A DNA stretch of 64,000 bases, from the NCBI GenBank assembly GCA_964640665.1, contig CAZXHT010000002.1:38567-102566 (forward strand). The letters run 5' to 3'. The notes beneath the pieces were generated by a model. That model made no database searches. It was given only the letters and a program-made list of their open reading frames with translations, and was not told the DNA's origin. Source of the DNA: an uncultured Myxococcales bacterium (lineage in GTDB: Bacteria > Myxococcota > B64-G9). Of the stretch, positions 20,965 to 30,365 are shown in pieces. How positions within the stretch are numbered: the stretch's first letter is position 1; every line of letters begins with the position of its first letter. Position numbers and translations under genes: made by a program.

Positions 20965-22108
20965 AGTGCTTCAGGTCGCTCTATGGATACTGGCCATTGG
21001 GGCGCTAGTCCGGCTGCACACGGCCTTTTGGTCGCGCTACTTCGAGGCCGGCCGCTACGCCGACATGGTTTATTTTGCCCGCACGCAGGACGGTTGGCGA
21101 CTGGCCCTGCATCGCTACCAACCGCCCGATCAGAAATTTGCCCAACCCGTGATTCTGTGCCACGGAATGGGCGCCAACCGCCATAACTTCGATATTTCGA
21201 CCGAGCGTTCCCTGGCGCGCGATCTGGCGGGGCGGGGCTTCGACGTCTGGTCGCTGGAGTTGCGCGGTGCAGGCATGAGCGACAGGCCCGGTTGGTTTAC
21301 AGGGCGCAAGGGCCGCTACTCATTCGATGATCACCTGAACCTCGACGTGCCGGCGGCACTGGAGCGTGTCGTGGCCGAGACGGGCAGGTCTGACGTCCTG
21401 TGGGTAGGGCACAGCATGGGCGGCATGCTGGGATACGCATGGCAGGGGCTGGAGCGTGAACCGCGCCTGGCGGGATTGGTGACCATTTCGGCGCCGGTGC
21501 TGCTGAACGTCTCGGGCAACGTCGGCTGGAGCCACCACTTGGTGCGGCCCATGTTTTTCGGCCGCACGATCGCCTTCAGGCCGCTGGCCCGTTTTTTCAG
21601 CCCAATGATGGGCTGGCCCCCGCGCTGGCTGTCGCGAATCGTGGTATTGAAAAACGGCATGGAAGGCACCGTCATGCGCCGCTGTCTGGTGAACTTGTGC
21701 GAGAACACCACGGGGGCATTGATGCGCCAGTTCTTCGACTGGATCAGGACCGGACACTTCGAATCCACCGACGGCCAGACAAATTACCTCGAAAACCTGG
21801 CACGCATCGAAGCGCCGGTTCTGATCATCGCAGCGGACGCCGACAAAATCGCCTCGCCGGAAGCGGTCTCACCGGCCTACGAGCGAGTTGCTTCGGAAGA
21901 CAGGCAGCTTAGAATTTTCGGGATCGATCGTGGCGACGATGCCGACTTCGGACACGGTGATATCCTCCTCGGGGTTCACTCCCGAGAACTGCTCTACCCG
22001 GAAATTTGCAACTGGCTGCAACAGCACGCAAGCCCGATCGCAGGCGGTGTTCAAGACGATTCGTCGAAGACGGACATTGGATCGGCCGAGAGGCCGCAGG
22101 CCGAGTAG
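20957..22108 (+). CDS. Alpha/beta-fold hydrolase
   Basis: HGMGANRHNF oxyanion region and GHSMGG nucleophile elbow; start set at in-frame ATG 20957 with GAGGAAGGA RBS (ORF track 20933 likely GTG/TTG extension overlapping mpl). Confidence 0.7.
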   Translation: MGEVLQVALWILAIGALVRLHTAFWSRYFEAGRYADMVYFARTQDGWRLALHRYQPPDQKFAQPVILCHGMGANRHNFDISTERSLARDLAGRGFDVWSLELRGAGMSDRPGWFTGRKGRYSFDDHLNLDVPAALERVVAETGRSDVLWVGHSMGGMLGYAWQGLEREPRLAGLVTISAPVLLNVSGNVGWSHHLVRPMFFGRTIAFRPLARFFSPMMGWPPRWLSRIVVLKNGMEGTVMRRCLVNLCENTTGALMRQFFDWIRTGHFESTDGQTNYLENLARIEAPVLIIAADADKIASPEAVSPAYERVASEDRQLRIFGIDRGDDADFGHGDILLGVHSRELLYPEICNWLQQHASPIAGGVQDDSSKTDIGSAERPQAE

Positions 22109-22368
22109 TCGCCGGCAGCGAGGGCTTCACAGGTGCAACGACCGCTGTCGAGAATGTTTTGGCAGCGGTCTTCTTCTCGGTCGGAAAGATCGAAGTTGCG
22201 GGCCACCGAGTCGATGCTCTGGTTGCAATGGTCCTTCTTGGCCCGCGTAGGTTGACAGTTGCAGATCTTGTGGGCCAAATCCTTGCAGGCGCTGCCGCAG
22301 CCCACAGAAAGCGCCAGCGCCAGCACGGAAGAAAGAATCGCAATCAGAGTCCTGCTTTTCATGGGCAC
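22051..22368 (-). CDS. Small Cys-rich secreted lipoprotein
   Basis: Signal peptide + lipobox LSVGCGS, 10 Cys in 105 aa; last gene of minus-strand operon after uvrD; 58-bp convergent overlap with hydrolase 3' end. Confidence 0.4.
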   Translation of the reverse strand: MPMKSRTLIAILSSVLALALSVGCGSACKDLAHKICNCQPTRAKKDHCNQSIDSVARNFDLSDREEDRCQNILDSGRCTCEALAAGDYSACGLSADPMSVFDESS

Positions 22369-22413
22369 CGATGCTAGGGCCTTATACGCAGGCTGTCAAC
22401 CACAATCGCCATC

Positions 22414-24606
22414 TTAGACAGGCTTCACGTACCTCGCGAGCACCGTTTTCGGCCCCACGTCTTCGAAATCGATAAGCAGCTTCAGCCCCAGGCGCGAGTG
22501 GCCGACATCACGCACGAGGCCGCGCCCGAAGATGGAATGTTGCACTCCCAAGCCGATCCATTCATCCAGAATCTGACGCGGGCGACCGTTGTCGACGGCA
22601 CTCTGATCGTACTGCGCATCGTAGTCGACGACGATTCCGTCACCGTCGTCGAGACATATTTCGGCATGGTCTGTCATCGTTTTTTCCCGTTGCCTACTTG
22701 TCGACTGCTCGACTAGTTGATCAAGAAATCTGGATGGCGGGTTTTCCTCGCTTCTCCCGAAGATGGTGCGCGATTGGACACAACTCATCTGCAGCATTTT
22801 CCGGGCCCGGGTCATACCCACGTAGCACAGACGGCGTTCTTCTTCTACCCCGCCGCTGACCTGATCCTCCTCCTCCTCGGGCCGTAAGACCCGGTAGTGG
22901 GGCAACAAGCCCTCCTCCAGGCCCACCATGAAAACCATATCGAATTCCAGGCCTTTTGCTGCGTGCAAAGTCATCAGGCTGATTGCTTCACTCCCGGCGT
23001 CAGCCAGATCGACGGCGGTCACCAGGGCCACGTGATCGAGGAAAGACACGAGCGAGCCGTCGCCGCTCATGTCGGAGAAATCACGGGCCGCGCCCACCAG
23101 TTCTTCGATGTTTTCCCGGCGTCCAAGAGCCGTCAGGGCATCTTCGTGTTCGAGTGTCTCGAGATAAGCGCTGCGCTCTATGACCAAACCGATGATCTCG
23201 GAAGCAGGCAGATCACGCGCCTCGTCGCGCAACTCGGAGATCAGGTTCTTGAAGCCGAGTACCTTCTCCCGCTTGGACTTGCGCAGGAAATCCATTGGTC
23301 CGGACCCGATCGCATCGAGCAGCGTAAGATTTTTCCGGGTGGCAAAATCCTGCAGCCGTTCGCGAGTCAGCTTGCCGATACCCCGCGCCGGTACGTTGAT
23401 GATCCTCCAGGCGTCCACGTCGCTGAGCGGATTTTGCACCAGGCGCAAATAGGCTACCAGATCGCGGATCTCCCGGCGGTCGAAAAAACGGGTGCCGCCC
23501 ACGATACGGTAAGGAATGCCGTACAGGCGCAGAGCATCTTCCATCGCGCGGCTCTGGGCGTTGACCCGATAAAAAACCGCCACCCGGTTCAGGTTTTGCC
23601 CGTCGGCGTCGGCAGTGTATATCCTGCGAGCCACCTGTTCGGCCTCGGCGTGCTCGTTGTCCAAGAGCTTGACGTCTACCGGGGCCCCGCTTTCTCCCTC
23701 GGTCCACAGTTTCTTGACGTGCCTTCGGCTGTTTGCGGATATTACTTTTGAGGCTGCCTCGAGAATTTCCGGGGTCGAACGGTAGTTTCGTTCGAGCCGG
23801 ATCACCTTGGCAGTCGGATAATCCCGCTTGAATCCCAGGATGTGCCCGACATCGGCGTCCCGCCACATGTAGATCGATTGGTCGTCATCGCCCACGACGC
23901 ACAGGTTGGCATCCGCCTTGCACACAAGCCGCAACAAGCCATACTGCGCGCGGTCGGTATCTTGAAACTCGTCCACCAGCACGTATCGAAAGCGTTCACG
24001 GTAGTCGCGCAAGACCTCGGGCTGCTCGGCAAAAAGCCGGTGGGTCTGAAAGATGAGATCGGCGAAGTCGAAGGCATTGGTCGCCTGCAGCCGATCCTGA
24101 TAACGGGCGTAGAAATTTCTCTCGAGGCGGTCGGGCAGGTCGCTCTGGCCGGGACCCTTCAGGCGATGTTTAGCGGACTCGATCTTTCTGAGCAATCTCT
24201 CGGCGCGCCGTCGCTCGGGGTCGAGCCGCAACTCCCGCAGTACGTCGATGCCCAGGCGGCGCGAGTCGTCCTCGTCGTAAATAACGAAATCGCGGCTACG
24301 ACCAATCAGATCGGCGTGCCGCCTGAGGATTCGCGCACCCAGGGAATGAAAAGTCGATATCCACACACCAGCGTTGCGGCCGGAAAGCCCCTCGACGCGT
24401 TCACGCATCTCTCCGGCGGCCTTGTTGGTGAAGGTGACGGCCAGAATGCGGTGTGGCGCAACGTCCCGCTTCCCGATCAGATGGGCGATACGGTAGGTGA
24501 TCGCCCTGGTCTTACCGCTTCCCGCACCGGCCAGGATCAGAAGCGGACCATCACCGTGCAGCACGGCCGCTTTTTGCTCGGGGTTCAGGTCACGGTCGAG
24601 ATCCAT
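22414..24606 (-). CDS. uvrD: ATP-dependent DNA helicase UvrD/PcrA/Rep family
   Basis: 730 aa; GAGSGKTR Walker A, helicase motifs I-VI of SF1 UvrD family. Confidence 0.9.
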   Translation of the reverse strand: MDLDRDLNPEQKAAVLHGDGPLLILAGAGSGKTRAITYRIAHLIGKRDVAPHRILAVTFTNKAAGEMRERVEGLSGRNAGVWISTFHSLGARILRRHADLIGRSRDFVIYDEDDSRRLGIDVLRELRLDPERRRAERLLRKIESAKHRLKGPGQSDLPDRLERNFYARYQDRLQATNAFDFADLIFQTHRLFAEQPEVLRDYRERFRYVLVDEFQDTDRAQYGLLRLVCKADANLCVVGDDDQSIYMWRDADVGHILGFKRDYPTAKVIRLERNYRSTPEILEAASKVISANSRRHVKKLWTEGESGAPVDVKLLDNEHAEAEQVARRIYTADADGQNLNRVAVFYRVNAQSRAMEDALRLYGIPYRIVGGTRFFDRREIRDLVAYLRLVQNPLSDVDAWRIINVPARGIGKLTRERLQDFATRKNLTLLDAIGSGPMDFLRKSKREKVLGFKNLISELRDEARDLPASEIIGLVIERSAYLETLEHEDALTALGRRENIEELVGAARDFSDMSGDGSLVSFLDHVALVTAVDLADAGSEAISLMTLHAAKGLEFDMVFMVGLEEGLLPHYRVLRPEEEEDQVSGGVEEERRLCYVGMTRARKMLQMSCVQSRTIFGRSEENPPSRFLDQLVEQSTSRQREKTMTDHAEICLDDGDGIVVDYDAQYDQSAVDNGRPRQILDEWIGLGVQHSIFGRGLVRDVGHSRLGLKLLIDFEDVGPKTVLARYVKPV

Positions 24607-24647
24607 TTGAAATCCGGGATTTTTTCGCCTACCGGGTTATGGCTGAA

Positions 24648-27290
24648 TCACGGTTGGTCCGGGCCCTGCCGCTTGACCCATGTATCCAGCATTGCCCCGG
24701 TGGTCGCTTTTTGGCGGCCCTCTTCAACAGCCTTTATTCTCTTGCGCATTTCGTCGGGCCTGAAGCGGGCGGCCATGAGTTCTGTGTAGATTCTCTCGGC
24801 GTCGTCCCAGTCGCCCATGCGTTCGTCCATGCGGGCGACTTTGAGCAAATATCCGGGCCGTCCGGGAACCATGCGGATCGCCATGCGGTAGAACCCCCGT
24901 GCCTCGTACAACATCCCCTTGGCTTCGTTGATACGGCCCAGCAAAAACTGCAGCCGGGCCTGGTTCTCGTCGTTTGACGGGGCGTATGTTTGCAGCCGGC
25001 CGGCGATTCCTTCCGCCTCGTCGAAACGCTCCTCGGACAACAGCAATTCCACCAGGTTGTAGGCTAGCAGCGAGGACTCAGGCACCTGTTCGAGCCCGTT
25101 CCTCCAAACCTTTTCCGCGCGCTGCGGATCTCCCTGTTTCTTGTACACCCGGCCCTCGATAAAGTATGCCCGATCATGAAGCGGGTTGAGCTCCAGTTCC
25201 CGGCGAGCCAATCCGGCGGCCTCTTCATAGCGCCCGCCGGCGAAGGCTAGATCCGCCAGCAGGTCCATTGCCGCGATGAGTGACGAATCTTTGTCTAGTG
25301 CCAGCTGGGACGCCTTTGCCGCGGCGGCGTTTTTTCCCAAAGCGCGCAGGTTGCGCGCAACTCTCAAGTAAGATTCGCCATCGGTCGGTGTAGCCTGGAT
25401 TACCTTGTCACTGTCTCCCGTCAGCCGGAGCACCTCGGTTGTCGTGGCCGTCAGAATGCGCGGGTCCCAGTGTGCGGCCAGGCGATACTCGGTCAGGGCC
25501 TGTTCGCCGAACCCGGCCATGAATAGAGCCCGGCCCAGCAGACGATGGATGACGGCCGAGGTCGGATTGAGGTACATCGCCCGCGACAGCCAGTGCGCCG
25601 CTCGTCCGAGATCGCGGCCGGGGCCTTTTTCCAGGTAGGCCTTGCCGGTGACCAGGGGGGCCAGGAAATCGGACGGGTGATAACGCAGCATCTCACAGGC
25701 CGCCTGTCCCAGCGTTCCCGGGCCGCAGGGCTCTTCGGCCGGGGCATCCCCGGCCTCGAGCAGGTCGGCGCTCCGCGCGGAGATCCCGTGAAAAGCGGCG
25801 TAAGGAACGGCAATAGCCGCGATGATTAGCGAGGCAACAGCCAGCAGTTGAGCCGCCCGGCCGGGAAGCCGCAGGCGCAACTCGCCCTTTCGTGGCTTTC
25901 CGGCATGCGAGAATGGGGCCGCCGACAGAATTCCCAGCACCACGACGAAAGGCAGCGCCACCCCGCCGACCTCGAGGTTGAAATCAACGAGATTCTGCAC
26001 CGCGACCGTAAAGACCCCGGCCAGGCAACCCGCCATGGTGAGAGATTTCCTCGTCCGAGACAGAAACAGGAAAAAGGACAGCGCGAACATGCCGGCGAAG
26101 AGCAGGCCGAAAAGCGGGCCCCATTCGACCATGACCTGCAATAATTGGTTCTCTGCGTGGGTGAAGGTATTTTCGTAAGACACCGTCTTGTAGTGTGGGT
26201 AGATTGTCTCGTAAGCGCCCTTGCCGACACCCAGCACCGGGTAGTCGGCCATCATCGGCAAGGTTCCGGCCCATGAGCGGATTTTGACTTCCTCCTCGAC
26301 GGCACTCAGGTCACCCAGTGTCTGGAGCTCCTTGACGATGGTGTCGTAGGCCAGGTAGCCGGCCAGGAGAAGCACGCCCACCATGGCCGCCTGCACCGCC
26401 GTCGTATGCCTAAGACGCCGCGCCCGGCGGGTGGCAGCGATGAAAAATAAAAGGATCATGCCCGCCGAGAAAGCCACTATGCCACCCCGGCTGAGGCTCA
26501 TGAAGACAGCTACTCCCGTGATTATCCCCATGAAGCCGTATAGCGCCCGATCGTTACGCTCGCGGGCCGACAAGGAGATGCCCAGCGTCACCGGGGCGCA
26601 CAACCCCAAAAAGCCGGCCAGGTGATTGGAATTGACGAAGGTCGAGAAGAAAAAAGAGCCCGCCGGGATCGGATAAACTCCCCAGATTGCCTTGGCCACG
26701 AACAGCTTGGAGAAAAACCCCACCAGCGCGACAGCGAAGCCGCTCCAGGCGACCGCTTTCAACAGCCGTCGGGCGCGGTGGCGATCATTGAAATAATTGA
26801 CCACCACCACGAAAACCAGGGCATAGGCCAGGTAACGCACTAATTCTCCCGCACTGGCCGGGGAATCGAGACTGAGCGAGTGGAGTCCTCCCGATCCCCA
26901 GAGACCCGTGCCGTCGAGGACGAAGTCATAAAGCTCTGCCGCCCCGGGATTCAACAGCCGCACGAGAAAGGCAGGCAGCGGCACGAACTGCAGCAGTGTC
27001 ACGAAGAAGGCGGCGAGCAAGGCCAGGCCCATGGGAAACAGAAGAAAAGACCTCTGGTTACGTCGTCTGCGCAGGGAAAGGGCTGCGAAAGCTACCAGGC
27101 ACAGCCCCAACATGATGGCAGAAGACCATAGGTGCGCCGTGCCGATGGCCATGGGGGTGAAAAACAGGAGCACGAACACCGGCAGTTCAACGATCCAGCT
27201 CGATCGGTGAGGCGCGTGAGGCCGGTCGGCCCGATCTTCCAAGCTAGCCGATTCCGACTCGAGGTTTTTCGTGCGCCGCTTGTAGGGCAT
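24648..27290 (-). CDS. O-antigen ligase (Wzy_C)-like polytopic membrane protein fused to C-terminal TPR repeats
   Basis: About 12 TM helices with Wzy_C-like core, then ~350 aa of TPR repeats; start refined to ATG at 27290 with GGAGAG RBS (ORF track extends to 27362). Confidence 0.7.
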   Translation of the reverse strand: MPYKRRTKNLESESASLEDRADRPHAPHRSSWIVELPVFVLLFFTPMAIGTAHLWSSAIMLGLCLVAFAALSLRRRRNQRSFLLFPMGLALLAAFFVTLLQFVPLPAFLVRLLNPGAAELYDFVLDGTGLWGSGGLHSLSLDSPASAGELVRYLAYALVFVVVVNYFNDRHRARRLLKAVAWSGFAVALVGFFSKLFVAKAIWGVYPIPAGSFFFSTFVNSNHLAGFLGLCAPVTLGISLSARERNDRALYGFMGIITGVAVFMSLSRGGIVAFSAGMILLFFIAATRRARRLRHTTAVQAAMVGVLLLAGYLAYDTIVKELQTLGDLSAVEEEVKIRSWAGTLPMMADYPVLGVGKGAYETIYPHYKTVSYENTFTHAENQLLQVMVEWGPLFGLLFAGMFALSFFLFLSRTRKSLTMAGCLAGVFTVAVQNLVDFNLEVGGVALPFVVVLGILSAAPFSHAGKPRKGELRLRLPGRAAQLLAVASLIIAAIAVPYAAFHGISARSADLLEAGDAPAEEPCGPGTLGQAACEMLRYHPSDFLAPLVTGKAYLEKGPGRDLGRAAHWLSRAMYLNPTSAVIHRLLGRALFMAGFGEQALTEYRLAAHWDPRILTATTTEVLRLTGDSDKVIQATPTDGESYLRVARNLRALGKNAAAAKASQLALDKDSSLIAAMDLLADLAFAGGRYEEAAGLARRELELNPLHDRAYFIEGRVYKKQGDPQRAEKVWRNGLEQVPESSLLAYNLVELLLSEERFDEAEGIAGRLQTYAPSNDENQARLQFLLGRINEAKGMLYEARGFYRMAIRMVPGRPGYLLKVARMDERMGDWDDAERIYTELMAARFRPDEMRKRIKAVEEGRQKATTGAMLDTWVKRQGPDQP

Positions 27291-27346
27291 TGTCTCTCCA
27301 GGAAGGTTGACATAGCAGGAAAAGAGGAGATTTGCACGGATTTTTC

Positions 27347-27375
27347 TTGTATCCAATTTCAACGAAAAATAGTAT
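27347..27375 (+). promoter_or_regulatory. Putative promoter for Cys-rich lipoprotein (TTGTAT - 17 nt - TAGTAT)
   Basis: AT-rich divergent intergenic region; hexamers with 17-nt spacer ~60 nt upstream of ATG 27434. Confidence 0.35.
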
Positions 27376-27433
27376 TCTGTAAACTGTAGGAAAAATTGTT
27401 ATAACTTATCGCCCTTTTCTTCCCGGGGGAGAT

Positions 27434-28939
27434 GTGATGAAAAAAGTCTCTTTTTTGTTTGTAGCCTGCATGCTGGCCGTAGGGTGTGGTGGAACTGATG
27501 GAGGAGGCGCATGCACAAACACGATACCCTGCCCGGAAGGATTCGCCTGCGACGCCTCCGGCGCCTGTGTAGAGGCAGCACCGTTTATCGTGGCCACAGA
27601 AGAACTCGACGCGGCCACAGTGGGTGTTGCCTATCAGTTTACCGTCACTGCCAGCGGGGGTATTCCTGCTTATTCGTCCTGGGCGATCGAAACAACACAG
27701 GTATGGCTGACTATCGATCCCGATTCAGGCACCCTCGGCGGAACGCCGGATAAGTCTTCGTTCGGCACCGAGGTCACGGTTTCCGTCCGCGACTCTTCCT
27801 TTGGCGATGGAGCGAGCGCCTCGAAAAGCTTTCTGCTCAAGGTGACCGACTGTGAACAAGAAGGCCAACAGACCAGTTGCTACCGTGACGAGGGCGGCAT
27901 TTGCAAGATCGGTGTCCAGACCTGTCACGAGAAAACATGGACCGGCTGCACGGACCTGGATGTGTCAACAAGCGCTCAACATTGCGGCCCGGGATGTGCA
28001 ACCTGCGATCCCGTAAAGGCCGATCGCTGCAACGGCGTGTGCGCCTGCGGAACCGAGCTTCCCTGTACGGAATCCGATTCTTGTTGTACGGGCGCGTGTG
28101 TCAATACGCTGAGCAGTAACGTCAACTGCGGATCTTGCGGGCAGGATTGCAATTTGCTCATCCAAAACGCGGCCGGCTCCCATTGCGACGCGGGTAAGTG
28201 CGATTTCACGTCTTGCCTGTCGGGATTTCTCGATTGCAACGCTGATCGTAGCGATGGTTGCGAGACGGCCATCGACAGCGCTCATTGTGGTACCTGCGAG
28301 AGGGATTGTACGAGCAATGTGCAAAACGCCGATGGTGTGATCTGCGATTCCGGCGGTGGTAGCGGTTACCACTGCGAGTATTCCGCCTGCAGCGAGCCCT
28401 ATGGAGATTGCGACGGCAACCGCCAGAACGGCTGCGAGATCGATCTGTCCGATCCGCTGCACTGCGGAGCATGCAACTCGAACTGCCCGGCCGGCGGCAA
28501 CAACACGGCCTGCGTCTATATCGACGGGGTCGGCTTCAGCTGCGGTTGCCTGGCGGCCGGCGATTGCGAATCCGATCCCGCCCAGCAATGCTGCGACAAC
28601 CGCTGCTACGAGTTTGCAGATGTCGCCCACTGTGGCAATTGCATAACCGACTGTACAAACAGTCCCATCGGTCCCATATGCGCTGACCCGGACAATGCCT
28701 CCTGCGGCTGTTTTTATCGCACGGATTGCGGTGGCCATGATCTTTGTTGCAATCACGTCTGCACGCCGGTCGATGATTTCCACTGCGGCGACTGCGCTAT
28801 CGTCTGCGAAGCCGTCTACGGCGGCCCGCTCTGCGATATAGACAGTGAGTCCTGCTACTGCACGGACAATACCGAATGTGCGGGTTATGGCTCCGAGAGT
28901 TGTGTAGGCTCGGGCACGGCGGCACGCTGTGCAGACTAG
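27434..28939 (+). CDS. Secreted Cys-rich repeat lipoprotein with N-terminal He_PIG/Ig-like domain
   Basis: Lipobox LAVGCGG; cadherin-like putative Ig domain (VGVAYQFTVTASGGIPAYSSW...LTIDPDSGTLGGTP); >6 tandem repeats of DC(N/D)x5GCEx6HCGxCxxxC; about 60 Cys. Confidence 0.7.
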   Translation: MMKKVSFLFVACMLAVGCGGTDGGGACTNTIPCPEGFACDASGACVEAAPFIVATEELDAATVGVAYQFTVTASGGIPAYSSWAIETTQVWLTIDPDSGTLGGTPDKSSFGTEVTVSVRDSSFGDGASASKSFLLKVTDCEQEGQQTSCYRDEGGICKIGVQTCHEKTWTGCTDLDVSTSAQHCGPGCATCDPVKADRCNGVCACGTELPCTESDSCCTGACVNTLSSNVNCGSCGQDCNLLIQNAAGSHCDAGKCDFTSCLSGFLDCNADRSDGCETAIDSAHCGTCERDCTSNVQNADGVICDSGGGSGYHCEYSACSEPYGDCDGNRQNGCEIDLSDPLHCGACNSNCPAGGNNTACVYIDGVGFSCGCLAAGDCESDPAQQCCDNRCYEFADVAHCGNCITDCTNSPIGPICADPDNASCGCFYRTDCGGHDLCCNHVCTPVDDFHCGDCAIVCEAVYGGPLCDIDSESCYCTDNTECAGYGSESCVGSGTAARCAD

Positions 28940-29295
28940 CGCATCGTGATGACGCTGAGGATCTTGCTATTGTTTGCGTTGATCTTGATGGTGTAGTCAC
29001 ATCCCCGGACATCGCCCTGATCTTTTTCGAAGACCACGGTGTAAACGTTGTCACAGAAGGAAACGGACATGTTACGGTTCTCGTAGGTCATGCCCTTGTC
29101 GCGAAGCGCGAGTTCCGCAAGGTAGATGGCGATGGAGGTCGAGTAAATAGGCTCGCCGCTGGTGGCGGCAGCGACCCTGGTTTGCGTTTCCGGCGTTACA
29201 TGGACCTTACTATCGCCGGCGGCACAACCGGCGGTCAAACCCGCCAGCCCAAGCGCAAACAAAAGGCAAGAAATTTTCTTTCCCCGATTTTCCAT
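28936..29295 (-). CDS. Hypothetical lipoprotein
   Basis: Signal peptide LGLAGLTAGCAAG lipobox, 119 aa. Confidence 0.45.
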   Translation of the reverse strand: MENRGKKISCLLFALGLAGLTAGCAAGDSKVHVTPETQTRVAAATSGEPIYSTSIAIYLAELALRDKGMTYENRNMSVSFCDNVYTVVFEKDQGDVRGCDYTIKINANNSKILSVITMR

Positions 29296-29381
29296 CGCCT
29301 CTCTCGAAAAGTCCTATAAAGCTACCACGCAACTGAGTACCGTGGCAACAAATTGAGCACTTACATTAGACATTTGGTCGC

Positions 29382-30365
29382 TCAGTCCTTCACCGACAGG
29401 ATCGTCTGTCGCAGGTTGTAGCGCGGGCGGAATCCGAGGACGTCGCGAGCCAGTTTGCCGTCCACCATGCACTGGTACTGCAGGTGCGTAACCTCCCCAG
29501 GGGGGAAGCCGGACAGGCCGAGTCTCCAGAGCCTTTTCAAAAGAGGCCGGGCGACGACATGCGGCAGGGGAAGGGGCTTTTTTCCCAATTCTTTGAGAAT
29601 GGAGGAGAGGGGGACCTCACCTGGTCCGACCACGTTGAAAATTCCGCTGATGCCCGGTTCGAGGCTGAGCATGATGGCCTGGATCAGGTCGTCCTCGTGG
29701 AGCATCTGAAGCATGGGATCGAAACCCAGTAAAGTGGGTGGCTTCGCCAGTCGCAGGTAGTTGGTAGGGGCATTGCGCACACTAGGCCCGATAACGTGAA
29801 CAGGGCGCAGGATGACAGTCTCAATATCCGGGTACTTCCAGAAGAAACTCTGGGCGTACATATCCCACTCGATCAAGGCTTGCATCTCTGGGTAGTCGGC
29901 CACGCCGGCCAGCGGGGTGTCTTCGGGCAGGAAATTCGAATTGGCCGGGTCCGGCCCGTAGACCGATGCGGTCGAGATCAACACGACCTTGGGAATGCCG
30001 TAGCGCTGACAATAATCCAAAAGCTTGACCGTGCCGCGGACGTTCATCTCCCGATATATAGGCTCACCTGGCTGCGGACGATGCAACAGGCCCAGGTGAA
30101 TCAGTGCCCGAATTTCCTTGCGGCGAAAAATATTCTCTGCCCTGCGGCGCCGGGCATCAACCTGGTAGTGGGTAACGTCCTTGGGCTTGCCCTCGAATGG
30201 TCTCTTATCGATGCCGATTATCGGGTATTCCGTGTGCAGCCTGCGCGTCAACAGGCGGCCGAGGTTGCCCGATATACCGGCGATGACAACCGACTCGGAT
30301 GCCTTTTTGCGCCGCGGGCCCGATTGCCCGGAAGAGGTGATCTTTTTTCTTTTACCAGAAGACAT
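29382..30365 (-). CDS. NAD-dependent epimerase/dehydratase (SDR family)
   Basis: N-terminal Rossmann GISGNLG motif, 327 aa, extended SDR pattern. Confidence 0.7.
   Translation of the reverse strand: MSSGKRKKITSSGQSGPRRKKASESVVIAGISGNLGRLLTRRLHTEYPIIGIDKRPFEGKPKDVTHYQVDARRRRAENIFRRKEIRALIHLGLLHRPQPGEPIYREMNVRGTVKLLDYCQRYGIPKVVLISTASVYGPDPANSNFLPEDTPLAGVADYPEMQALIEWDMYAQSFFWKYPDIETVILRPVHVIGPSVRNAPTNYLRLAKPPTLLGFDPMLQMLHEDDLIQAIMLSLEPGISGIFNVVGPGEVPLSSILKELGKKPLPLPHVVARPLLKRLWRLGLSGFPPGEVTHLQYQCMVDGKLARDVLGFRPRYNLRQTILSVKD

Noticed and set aside
22897-24789. Plus-strand ORFs (284 and 315 aa) opposite uvrD
   Set aside because: Antisense to a helicase gene with a complete SF1 motif set; no motifs of their own.
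27965-28783. 272-aa minus-strand ORF and other ORFs inside the Cys-rich repeat gene
   Set aside because: Ala/Gly/Thr/Arg-rich antisense translation of a repetitive GC-rich gene; no start context.
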